From assembly GCA_028826165.1 (NCBI GenBank), contig JAPDFW010000044.1, positions 658,774 to 722,773 of the forward strand: a stretch of 64,000 bases of DNA, given 5' to 3'. Source of the DNA: Anaeramoeba ignava BMAN. Lineage: Eukaryota > Protista > Anaeramoebae. A program made the position numbers and the translations under genes. Each line of letters begins with the position of its first letter. Position 1 is the stretch's first letter. Shown here piece by piece: positions 50,101 through 63,400 of this stretch. The notes beneath the pieces are model-generated. The model was not told where the DNA came from. It saw only the letters and a list, made by a program, of their open reading frames with translations, and did not search any database.

Positions 50101-50825
50101 CCAATATTATTGATATTAATTATGAGAATTGCGATCAAATCACCAAAAAAACATTTTCAAGTCCATTCACAATACAAAAGATGAAGAAATTGATTCAAGA
50201 AGCACTTAACCTGACAACATCAGGAAAATTTTTGGAAAGTATGAAAATTTTCGAATTAATTCTCGTTCAAATTCCTTTAATGATTTTAAACGATCCTTCT
50301 GAAGTCAATGAAGTGAAGAAGATGATTGTTTTGAGCAAAGAATATCTGAGCGGATTGAAACTAGAACAAAAGAGAAAAGAGCTCCAAAACAATCCAAAAA
50401 GATCGTTAGAAATGTCATGCTATTTTACACATTGCAATCTTCAATTAAATCACTTGATTCTTAGTCTTCGTTCAGCAATGCTATTGAGTCTGAAAGAAAA
50501 AAATCACATCAACGCATTATCATTTGCAAAACGCATTTTGGAATTGGGAGCAAGTAAGGATTTATCAGACAAAGCAAGAAAAGTTGTTGTTTATTGCGAG
50601 AAAAATCAATCAAATGCTTATCAATTAAATTATGATGAAAGAAATCCTTTTGTTTTATGTTGTTATTCTTTTGAACCAATTTATCGTGGAAATGATAGTG
50701 TGGATTGTCCTTATTGCGGTGCTTCTTATTTACCTAAATATTCAAATCAACTTTGCAATATTTGCCAAATGAGTAAAATTGGAATAAAGGATTTAAAAGG
50801 ATTAACACTTCTTAAAAAAATTTAA
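47160..50825 (+). CDS. COPA: Coatomer subunit alpha (alpha-COP), intronless
   Basis: [24 protein letters not shown].. WD40 repeats, [28 protein letters not shown], C-terminal [16 protein letters not shown]..CNIC. Confidence 0.97.
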   Translation: [1221 protein letters not shown]

Positions 50826-50919
50826 ACTTTAAAAAAATTTTAAAGCAAAAATAATAAAAATTAAATTTTCATTTTCATTTTCATTTTCATTTTTTTCTTT
50901 TCTTTTCTTTTCTTTCAAA

Positions 50920-53900
50920 ATGGAATCAACTCAAAAAATTTTTCGAAATATTGATTTTGAATTTGTTCAATTTGCACTTTCTTTAAATCAAAATGATGCA
51001 CAAAAAACGATCGAATTCATTTCAAATGAAAAAAATTCAGAAAAAGTGTTTCAATTAATTGATTCATTGAAAAACAAAGAAAAAGAAAAAGAAATTTTAG
51101 TAAAAGATATAATCCAAAGTATTGAAAACAAAGATGTGAATCAAGTTGAAAAATACATTACAATTTGGAAAAAAATAAAAGGAATTCAAATGATTGATGC
51201 TTTTGATTACAATTCGTTACTTCATATTGCTTGTTTGAAAAATTCTGGATTGGAGATTATTAAATTACTTATTGGAAGTGGAGCAGATGTTAATTTTATG
51301 AATGATAATAAACAAAATGTTCTTCATGTTGCTTGCAAAAATGGAAATTCAATGGATATCATTAAATTGTTATTGGAAAAGAAGCCTTTAATAACAAAAG
51401 ATAAATTTGGTTCTACACCTCTTATTTGGGCTCTTTCTAAAAATCCAAATTATGAAATTATTGATTTATTATTAAAATATGGAGAAGATCCAAAAATTAG
51501 AGTATAAATCAAAATTCATTTATAAAATTAAATTCATTTATAAAATTAAATTCATTTATAAAATTAAATTCATTTATAAAATCAAAATTAAATTCATTTA
51601 TAAAATTCATTTATAAAATTAAAATTAAAATTCATTTATAAAATTAAAATAAAATTCATTTATAAAATTAAAATTAAATTCATTTTTAAAATTAAATTCA
51701 TTTATAAAATTCATTTATAAAATTAAAATAAAATTAAAATCAAAATTCATTTATAAAATAAAATTCATTTTTAAAATTCATTTATAAAATTAAAATTCAT
51801 TTATAAAATTCATTTATTGGTTTGTTTGCTTTAGTTCCAAAAAATGTCCCTTTTCTTCTTGGCTATTAAAAATCAAGCAGATCATAAAACATTGAAAATT
51901 TTACTTGATCACGGACTAGATCCAAAAGAAATTTTCCAAGATAAAACAGCAATTGATTTCGCAATATTGCACCAAAGTTCTTTGGAAGTGATCCAATTTC
52001 TTCACCAAAATGGAGTTGATGTAAAAAGAAAATCAAAAGCAGGATTTAATTGTCTTTATTTTTTACTTGTGAAAAAAGTTAATTCTCCAGAAATTTGTGA
52101 TTTTCTCATATCTGTTGGAATAGATATTTTGGAAGAAAAAAATACACTGCTTGAAGTCGCACTGGAGAAAGGAGTTGGTAATTCTGTTTTAGAAGTAATG
52201 GTTTCTAAAATCACAAAACAACAACTGGAAAGATACACTGAAAAGAAAAAAGGAAATCCTTTATTGAATATCGCACTTGAACACCAAAGAAAATATGGAA
52301 TCATTAAATCATTGATTGAACTTGGATGTCTTGTTAATGAAAAAAATTATAGAGGAAAAACATCCCTTTATTTCGCAATTGAAAAGAAAGCAGATCTAAA
52401 CACAATTAAATTACTTATTGATTCGGGGGCAAATATCAAAGAAACAGAAGAAAAAACAGAAAAAAAAAAAGGTCTTCGATTACCATCCATATTGACAACA
52501 GCAATCGCACATTCACGTGAAGTTGAGGTTATCAAATTGCTGACTGATTCAGGTGTTCAAATTGAAGACCAAAATTTAGTTGCTGCCTTCAAAAAGGATA
52601 TGAAAGTATTCTTGCATCTCCTCAGCATCAAAACAGATTTCAGTTTTGAATCAAACTTGTCGATGATAATCAGCTTTGATTGCGATTTGGATTTCGATAA
52701 AATCAAGTTTCTTGCTGACCATATGAAGGATATCAATTATAAGTCAGATTATCAAAACACCATCCTGCATTTATTATGTAAGACACCGTACATCAGCCCC
52801 GAAATTCTTGAATATCTCATTTCAAAAGGAGTTGATTTAAACGCAGTTAACGAACAAGGAAATCTTCCTTTCTTCTATTTATTCGGATTTCGCAAAAGAG
52901 TTCCAGAAGAGAAAATTGAGAAATTGGTGGATATCTTTTTTGGAAAATGGAATGAATATCGATTACTATGATCCACAAGATAAAATCGTACTTGATAAAC
53001 AAGATTTCTTGGATTGATGCTCCACTTGGTTGTTGGAAGAAGATGCTACCAAAATTTGGTGAGTTATCAAAAGAAAAAAAAAGAAAAATTATCTTATTCT
53101 TTTCCTTTCTTGTTTTTGTTCGAAATTTGTAGAATTTGTTGATCCTTTAAGTCCGAAAATGAGATCTCCAGTTGATGAAAGATATATGACCTTAAGAACA
53201 GAAGCAGACAGTTATGACAAAGAATACATGGATGGTACAAGAGAATTACTCCAATTACTGAAACATTACACAAGCTTTAGTGATGATTTTAACAAATTAT
53301 TCAAATCAGGTTTATTTCCGGATTTGGAGATTAAATTTGCAGATGAAGAAATTGCTCAGGTTCACAAATTGATTATATCAGCAAGAATTGGAAAAGAAAA
53401 ATTGGAAGAATTTATAGAGTTTTGTAAAAAGAAGACGAAAAAAGATCTAAAGTTTTTGTTTCAATGGATTTATTCAGGTTATATCGCAGATTTCGATTTT
53501 GAAGAAGAATTGTTTGCTGATTATGAGAAATTTTGTGGAGAAAACAAAAACGATTCTTATGTGATTTATGAGAGATATGACAAGGTTGTTGAGATTTTGG
53601 AGAATGAAAGGAAAAACAATTTGAATTCAATTCTCGACAATTTGAATGAGATTGGGGTTTTGAAAACAAAAGAGGAATTGATCAAGAAAACACAATCAGA
53701 TGGATTGAGAAAAGATATCTCAAAGTTATTTTATGAGGATGAAACAAAGGATTTTAAGATCATTTGCGAAGATGAAGAAATTAAAGTTCACAAACTCATT
53801 TTAATTGCTCGTTCAGAATTATTTTATGGAATGTTTTTGAATGTGAATGATGATTCAAATCAAGTAAATGATTATAGTGGGAAGAAAAAACAATCAATTA

Positions 53901-54061
53901 AAGAATTTATTAAGTTTTTGTATTTCGATAAAATTGATATGAATATTTCAGAAGAAATAATTGAAGAATTTTATGATTTTGATAAATATTATCAATTAAA
54001 TGAAAAATCCGTTTTTCCTTTACTTTTAGAAGATTTAAAAAGGCAAAGAAATTTAAATTAA
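50920..54061 (+). CDS. CUE/UBA-like + ankyrin repeats + tandem BTB protein
   Basis: N-terminal IFRNIDFEFVQFALSLNQNDAQKTIEFI; ANK repeats; introns 51502-51834 and 53059-53132; two apparent +1 homopolymer insertions (~52940, ~52984); BTB VHKLILIARSELFYGMF. Confidence 0.8.
51505..51817. repeat. Intronic minisatellite (AAATTCATTTATAAAATT variants)
   Basis: Read directly. Confidence 0.85.
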
Positions 54062-54116
54062 GACAAGAAAAACAACAAGAAAAAGCAAAAACAAAACTTG
54101 TCTGATTTCTTCTTTT

Positions 54117-54240
54117 TTTTAATAATTTTTAATCATTTTTAATAATTTTTAATAATTTTTAATAATTTTTAATAATTTTTAATAATTTTTAATAATTTTT
54201 AATAATTTTTAATCATTTTTAATAATTTTTAATCATTTTT
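54117..54240. repeat. 10-bp tandem repeat (AATAATTTTT/AATCATTTTT) x12
   Basis: Read directly. Confidence 0.9.
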
Positions 54241-54476
54241 TTCCTTTTTTCGATCAACTTCAAAATAAAAAGAATAAAAATAAATTTAATAAGACTTAAT
54301 AATAAAAATAATTTCCAAATTAAATTTATAAACAAAAAGCAAATTCCACTTTTTTTACTTATTTTTTTTTTATTTAAAAATTAATTAAAAACAAAATTTT
54401 TTTTTTTTCCTTTTTTTTATTCTTTTTTTTTTTTTATTTTTATTTTTCATTTTTTTATTTTTAAAATAAATAAAAA

Positions 54477-57400
54477 ATGAATAAAAACCAAACACCAGTT
54501 ACATTAATTGCAGTTAAAAAAGGAAAACCAAAACTTAAATACAAAGATCCAAATCAAGAAACAAAGCCTATTGGACAAGATTTTGAATCAAATCATGTTC
54601 ACTTTTATACCTTTTATTTTTCAGAAAAAGAACTTAATTACACATTTGAAAAAGAAAAAGAAAATGAAAACGAAAACGAAAATGAATTCAAACAAATTAA
54701 GATTACAGAATCAAAGATTATTTTTGATTTCGATGAAAAAGATTCAAAAAAATATGGAACAAGAGTTATTGATGCAGTTATTGATTATTCAACTCCAAGT
54801 GAAAAAAAAATATTGAAAGAAAGGCATTGGGAATTTTTCTTTGAATTTCTTAATCAATTCTCAAAAAAAGGATTTCAAACAAAACAAAGTTCAAAAGTTA
54901 CTTTCAAATCAAAACCAGAAAATATTGTTAAAATTCTTTTCGTTCTTGGATTAAGATACAGTAAATCAACTCTGAAGAAAATTTTCAAAGAAAGTAAAAA
55001 AGATGATTTAATTGAATGCAATAAACAAATCATTGAACTTTATCAAAAAAAAGAATATCCTGATGTTTTTAATATTTTCACTAATTTTCTTTCTGAATTA
55101 AATCAAAATTACAAAGAATCAAAAAAAATCATTTTTTTTCCTCTTTTCATTACTTTCAAAAAGGAATTCACAAATCCAAATAGTATTCAACAAAAAGATC
55201 TTGGAATTCTCTTTTCTTTTTATGCAAAGTATCACTCAACAATTTCTGAACTTTCAAAAAAAGTTTTAATCAAGATTTTTGGCAAATCATTAAAGTTCAA
55301 AAACACAAATTGGTTCGATTTTATTAACATAATTCTAAAAAAAGAATTGATAATAAATCTCTTTTTAATCCCAAATTTCCAGAATAATTTGAAAAATACA
55401 ATTTTCCCTAATTTATTGGAATGCTTTCAATTTTGGGTGAATTTGTACAATTTTGTTACAAGTCCAGAAATGAGGAAAATCAGAGATCTAAGAAGTGCTA
55501 TTATGCAAATAGCAAGTATATTGCCTGATATTGCTAGTCATTCTCTTTTTAATCAATCCTGTTTGAAAAATGAAAAAAGAAGTTATATTGAAAAATTATC
55601 TGATTTAGTTACAATTTTCCAAAGATAAAAGTTATTATGAATACAGCAATAAATAAAATCAAAAACAACGATGAAAGATTAGAATTTTTTGATAAATTAG
55701 ATGAAAAAGCAAAAGAATTCTATTCGATGGATTTAACAAATGATTTCCAAAATGTTTCAAAAAAACAATTTTTAAGATTTCTTCCAATAAAAATCCAATT
55801 AGAAAGTTGGAGCGAACATTTATTGAATGAAAGAAAAAAATTAGAAGACAGTCCTTTTGATGAAATTATCCAAAATAAAGAAGGTTTACCAAAAAGATGG
55901 ATGAATATAATTATTCTATTTTTGCAATTCAATACTTCAAATCCTAAAAACAATTTATTATATCCAAAAAATCCAAATAAAAATGAAATTAATTTGGCTC
56001 ATAATCTTAAAGAAAAATTGGAAAAATATCAAAAAGAAATCTACAATTATTTTATCAAATTACAAGATCCAAAACAAGCTAAAATGAATGATTTGAAAGA
56101 ACTTTGAAGACAATGAAAAGAATTTGAAAGTATTATTTCCTTTCTTCCAAGAAAATTTGAAAAAAAAAATCCAAAAAAACAAAAAAATTTACTTAAAACT
56201 TATTGAGGAACTTTCTCCAATCAAAGATTTATTACTCAAATTTGATGAAGAGAAGATTAATCAAAAATTTCCAAATTGGAAAAAAATTGACACAATGAAA
56301 ATTACAATCGATCAATTCAAACAATTCATTAAAACATTAAAGGAAGAAAAAGATACTTGGTTTAACATTATTTTATATTCTATAAGTTTTTTCTATCAAG
56401 AAAAATTAACAAAAAATATTGAATCTAAAGAAAATGAAAATTTAAGTATTGATCAAATTTTAAGTAAAGTAAAAAGTGAATGGGAAAAACTGGATAAAAA
56501 GATTTAAACAAAGATCCAAATTTAGAATATATAAACACTGAATTTCCAATAGCAAAAGAAGAATATCTTGATAAAGATTATACAAAATTTCAAACATATA
56601 ACGAACAAAATCAATCTGAACAAAAAAAGGAATTCATAACAAAAAAACAAAAACAGAATTCAAGAATTTTTTGAATTTAGGAAAATAATCAATAGAATTG
56701 ATCCTTTAATTAAATTTTGTGAAATTTTTATTCAAAACAAAAATGATGAAGAATTATCAAATATCAAAAATTTGAAACAAAATTGGCAACAAAATAAACT
56801 TTCTGAAATTACAAATTTAAAACAAAATATTGAAAAAACTTTGAAAGTTAATATTCAAATGCTCGATTTGATAAATGATTTATTTCCTAATCAAGATGAA
56901 AAAGATCAAACAATAATTAAATGGATAAAAGAAGAATTAAAAGAAAAAACTATTGATAATTTAAAAAAAGAAATTCAAAAAATCAATATAGCTAATGATG
57001 ATGATTTAAATCAAACAAAGAAATATCTAATTAATTTTATTGATATTTTCAATCCTTTCTTTACAAAAACATTTCAAAGATTTTGATTCAATAACAAAAC
57101 AATTCTCAAAAATTCAAAAAGAAATGGAGGAAAAGATAAAAAAAACTAATTTCAAATTATTAGTCAAAAACTTCCCTTTATTAAAAGAACAAAATATTAA
57201 AGAATTATCAGATACTTTAAGTGATAAAATTGAAAAAATTTTCAAAAACGGATCCAAAATTATTTTTAGACTTGAAGAACCAATTTTTCAATGCCAAATT
57301 AATGAAGAAAAAGAAATACTTAATTTTGAAGATTTCATAAGTATGTGGAGAGTTGCTTTAAACAAAAAGAATAAAAGTCAAAGTCAAGCACTTGATGAGA

Positions 57401-60400
57401 ATCTAAATGAAGATAAAGAATTTTCATTATTAAGACAATTTGAAGTTCTTTTTGAAACAATTCAATCAATTAATACATATTTAGAAAAGTTTATTCCAAT
57501 AAAGTATTATAAACAAATTCCAGGAATTAATGAAGAAATTAAAATCAATGAAGATGATAATACTTATTCAGCAAAAATGGAAGAATTGGAAAAAAATATC
57601 AACCAAGCTTTAAAAAATTGGGAAGAAGATAGTAAAAATATTTCAAAAGAGCAATTATCAGGAATTTTATCAACAAATCAATTACTTTTAGTTTCAACTC
57701 CTTTATTAAATATTCAAGAAAAAAATAAAGTGATTTATCCAATCTTAAAATTAATTTTTGGAAAAAAAAGATCTGTTCCACAAGAAATTTTACACAATAT
57801 TATTAGCCAACAAACCGATAATTGGATAAATTCTTCTACAGGATTTTTCAATTTAATCAAAAATAATTTTACTTGGCCAATAATTAAGAATTCTTTAAAC
57901 GAAATCAATATACAATCTAGAACAAACTTGAGCAATGAACTTATCAAACAAATTAACAAAAGGGATGGAAACATATCAAATCCAAAAATATTTATTAAAG
58001 AAGTGAAAACAGATTCATTTATTCACAATGAAGTTACCATGATTTATTATTTATATTCAAATTATTTGCCACAAAGAGAACAAATTCTTTTTTGTGATTC
58101 AAATACAACTGTGGGAGATGTGAAGAATTTTTTCTCAATTTATAAGTATTATAACGAAGAATATTCTAATTCTAAAAAACAAACATATCAAGAAGAAGAA
58201 AAGGTTATTTTTTCTATTATAAATGCAACATTATTATCCCAAACAAGCCAAAGTGAAGTTATTTCTCAAATAAGATCAATTAATTTCATAACACATTTCC
58301 CATTAACTATTTTTGTTTTGGAAGGAGAACAAAATGCATTTTTAATGAGTCAATTACAAGAAGGAAAATTGATTATTAATTTAGAAAATGATTCAATTCT
58401 CAATGAAATTATTAAAAAATCAACATTTTTCCATCATTTCAAGGTTTTTTATTCACAAAATGAAGGAGATGGAAAAAGTTATCAAATTAGAAAATTTTGT
58501 AATTCTCAAAATGATAACATTGATTACAAATATTATCTTATTCAACTTACAACAGGAGAAATACAAGAATTGATTGTTGAATTGAATAAAATCCCAATAG
58601 AAAAGAAAAACGAAAATGAAGAATTATTTATTCATATTGAATTTCCAACTGAATGTTCATTACAAATGACAGATTCTCTTTGGCAATTATCAATGTGGGG
58701 TTCTATTGAAGATAGACAAGCAAAAGATCCTTATAATATTTGTTGGACTTTACCTCCAAATGCAAAACTTTTTTTTGAAATTCCAAGTCAAAATGATATT
58801 TGGAAATATTTTTATCCACTTCAAAAATTTCAACCAAAAGAATGTTCATGTTCTGTAAATGAAATTAAATTCAAAATGTATGAAGTTGATGATCAAAAAA
58901 AAATTCAAGAAATTGATGATAATGATTTGAAAAAAGTTGCAAATCTTCTTATTGAAACTCAAAATAACACTTTATTCAATAATTTCCAAAATTTGGATAA
59001 TTGGAAACAAAAATTATCAACACAAAATCCTGATCCAAACTCATTTTTCAATAAATCTCAACACATCATACAAATCATTTCAAATCAATTAAATCCTAAT
59101 TACAATTTCCATAAATCTTTTAGATTATTTTATCAATTTTGGAATTCATTAAAAAAATTTATCAATTTAATTCTTAATTGGGAAATTTATGATGATGAAG
59201 ATGAAGATGATTATAACAATGATAATTCACAACAAATATCGTTTATAAGAAGACAAGAAATTATTAGATGTTGGATGTTTTCTGTTGCCAGATTAAATCT
59301 AATTTCCTTTTTTTCAACAAAAGAAGGTGTTTTTGATAATTTTTATTCATTCATTCTTAATTTACAATTTCAAAATGGGAATCCAATTTCAATTTATAAT
59401 CCAAATATTTTTGGTTCAGTTGGAGAAGTTGGATTATTTATTAAAGATAATTTTGATAATTCCAATTTACTTGAGTTTGAAAGAAATTTACATTCACAAT
59501 CAATTTCAGATCCTAATTTTAATTTGGGAGGTTCAATTTCAAATAATGTAAATGATCTCAAAACTGAATATAAAAAAATGTTGGATTTTTTTAGTTTTCT
59601 AAATTCAAATAAGCCGCAAAAAAATGAGAATAGTGATAACGAGAGTAGTGATGATGAAAATGATAATAATAATAACAAAGAAAATAATGAAAATGATACA
59701 AGAAAAGGAAAATATGTTCTTACATTTGATAATCTTTCCAAAATGATGTTCATTCAATTTAGAATGTTTACTGGATTTTCATTAATTATAAGTGGAGAAA
59801 CTGGATGTGGAAAAACTGCATTAATTGAATATTTATTTCGAGATATTTTAAATTATCAATTTAGTAAATTCAATTCAGAAGAAGAATTAAATGAAAATGA
59901 AAAAGAAAAAAATCATTTCATTACATTTAATGTAAATGGAGGAACAACAAAAGAAAAAATTAAGAAATTAATTAAAAAATCTAAAAAAATTGGAAAACAA
60001 AATCAAGTTGTTTTATTTTTTGATGAATTGAATACTGCACCTAAATATTGTATTCCTATTTTCAAATATTTGTTTATTGATCGATTATTTGAAGGCAAAA
60101 AAATACCATCAAACATTAAATTTATTGCAGCAATTAATCCATATAGAGAAAGAAAATCAAAAGCAATTTCTGAAAATCAAAATAATGAAAGATCAAAATA
60201 ATGAAAATCAAAATAATAAAGATCAAAATAAAGAAGAAGAGGTTTGTGGATTACTTTTTGATTATGGAGATAAAAAGAATAAAGAACAAGAAGAAATTAG
60301 AAATGCTGTTTATCGAGTTCATAAAATTCCAAATTCATTAGAAAATAGTGTTCTTAGTTTTGAATCATTAAAATCAACACAAGAAAAAGTATACATTTCC

Positions 60401-63400
60401 AAAATGGTTGATAATACTTTTTACTCAATTTTAAACAACAACGATAAAAAATTCAGAGACTACCAAACAATTAGATCATCATTCGAAGAATATATTTCCA
60501 AATCTCATAGTTATATTCGTAAAGATGGAGATTCAAATCAAACAAATGATGATTTCAAAAGGAATTTAGCAGCTTTAATTTCACTTCGAGATGTTTCAAG
60601 AACACTTCGAGTATTTCAATGGCTTGTTGAATCTAAAGCTGGAAGATTTTTATTATCAGAAAATGAACAAGAAGAAGAAAGAGAAGAAGAACTTTTTCAG
60701 AAAGCAATTTACTTATCTTTATTCGTTTGTTATGCAAGTCGACAAACAACAAACAAAGATCAATATTTTGAAGCAATTTTTGAAAGAAATGATAATTTAT
60801 TAGGAAACTGCCAAAACGTAATTGAAAATTCACAAGAAAAATTAATTGAATCATTAGAGTATGATTTTTCAAAAAAAATGATTGCAAAAAACATACCTTT
60901 GAAGGAGAATTGTTTATTGATTTTTGTTTGTGTTTATGCACAAATTCCATTATTTATTATTGGAAAACCAGGTAAAGTAACATCTTTTCTTCTTTTATAA
61001 ATAATATTAATTTAATTTTTATTCAATTTTTTATTATAATCAAAAAAAAGGAACATCAAAATCAATTTCTGTTGAAGTTATAATGGAATCTTTGAAACCT
61101 CCTTATGAAGCAAATAACTTTGCAAAAAAAATTGAACTTAGAACATTTAGAGAATCTTTCCTTCAATGTTCACCAATAACAACAACTCAAGGAATTGAAG
61201 ATGTTTTTAAAATTGCAAAATCAAAAACAAAGGAAAACGATTTAGGAGTTGTTATTCTTGATGAGGTTGCACTTGCAGAATTAAGTCCAGATTTGCCGTT
61301 AAAAGCACTTCATTCTCAACTTGAAGAATCAGAAAAAGAAATTTCAAGAATTAATCAAGATAACAAAAAAATTCAAGATATAATTAAAGAAAATGGAGGA
61401 GTTTCAGTTGTTGCAATTTCTAATTGGGTTTTAGATCCAAGTAATACAAATCGAGGAATTCTTCTTAGAAGAGAATCCACAACACAATTAGGCACAACAG
61501 CTCAACAAATTTTATGCACAAAAACAGTTGGAATGAATTCAATGATTCCTGAAATATTTGCAAGTTATCTTTCCAAAATTTATGAAAAAATTGTGAAAAA
61601 GAACAAGAAAAAGATCCAAAAAGTAAATCAAGACCTTATTTTGGATTGAGAGATTTTTATTATTTCTTAAAAATGATTGGATATTGCAATATTAAGAAAG
61701 GCATTTCATACAATAATCCTGGATTAATTTTAAATGCTTTATTAAGAAATTTCAATTCAAAACCTGATTTTATTGAAGAGTTAATTCCCAATTTTCCAAG
61801 GAAAGTTCCTTTAATTACTGATAGAAAAATTACAACACGAGAACTAATTTACCAAAATATAAACAGAAGAATTTTTCAAGAATTTGGTTTTGACCATGAA
61901 AATGATACTCCAAATTATTCTCGGAATATGATGATTTTGACTGATAAAATATGCAATTTATCATTTATTCTAAAAGAAATTGAACAATTAAGTACTAAAA
62001 CAGGTTACAAATTATTTTTTGGATCAGATTTTGCTGAAAACAAAAAGCAAACTCGAATTATTCGTAATTTACAATCAATTGAAGATTCAATTCGTAATGG
62101 AGAAATAGTAATCCTATTTAAGAATGAACAATTATATGAACCTTTATATGATTTATTAAATCAAAATTATTCAAAAAAAGATGATAATATTTTTGCTAAA
62201 ATTTCATTTGGGAATATTGTTTCCAAAATCAGAATTGATCCTAAATTTAGATTAATAGTAATTTCTGATAAATCAAGAGCTTATAATATTGAATCACCAG
62301 CAATTTTGAATAGATTTGAAAAATATTTACTTACATCAGAAGAATTTATAACCAGAAATGAATTTATTCGATTTTATCAGAAACAAAAAGAAATTATCCA
62401 AAACATTTGCAAATTTGCAGATATTACAGAAGAGAAATTATTAGTTTCATATCATCCTGATTTACTACCTTCTTTAGTAACAAAACTTCCAACAAATACT
62501 TTCTGAAAAAGAACAACAAGAAAAAGAAGATTATTTAAGAGTTGAAGGAGTAAATATGTGGATGAGAATTTGCAATTACGAATCAATTCTTTCGATTTAT
62601 TTAAAAACAATCAAAAAAGATACAAACAAAAATACCAAAGAAATTTCATATTTAAGATATATTTGGCAAAGATATTTAAGTTTATATCACGATAGTTTGA
62701 ATGATTTAATCCAAACAACATTAATTCCAAAACAAATTCAATGTTCAGTTGTTCTTACTTCTTCATCAATTTCTCAAACAATCAAATCTGAACAAATTCA
62801 AAATTTTAAATTTAAAGAAATGAAACTTTCTGAAATTGAAAATGATACACAATTTGAAAAAGAAGTTAAAAAAAATCTTGGAATAGAACCAATAATGAAG
62901 ACAAATCCTTATAAAGATGAAAATTTTGTTTTGATAATTCGTTTCACTCCAACATCAATTTCTCCTGAAACAATATTCCATCAATCAAAATATATGATTG
63001 AAAATTTAATTAAAAAAGGAAAAGAACAAAAAAAGGATAAAAAAGAGAAAAAAAATGAAGAAATTAAGTGCAAGATAATTTTCGTTGTTCATCTTCCATC
63101 AATTCAACAATCCAAAACTCAATTCCATTTTGCATTTGAAAAAAATTGGGAATATTTTTATATTGATGATATTTTACCATCTGAAATCAAATTTCCAATC
63201 ATTTCAGAATCAAAAGATTCAGATTTAAATTTTCTTGAAAATATTTTGGATCAAGAATGGGAAAAATTATTTGAACCAATTTTTAATTCTTCTCTATTCT
63301 TCAATTTATCAATCCTGAAAAATCAAAGACACAAAACCATTCTTAGAAAAATGAAAAATTTGAAAGATTTAATTTTCCCAAAACTTAAATTTATGTTTGA

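Noticed and set aside
2295-53000. Programmed ribosomal frameshifting (Euplotes-like) at ORF breaks near 2303, 5180, 10400, 45685, 46165, 52940, 52984
   Set aside because: No shared slippery or stop motif, mixed directions, and nearly all are 1-nt homopolymer changes typical of long-read assembly error.
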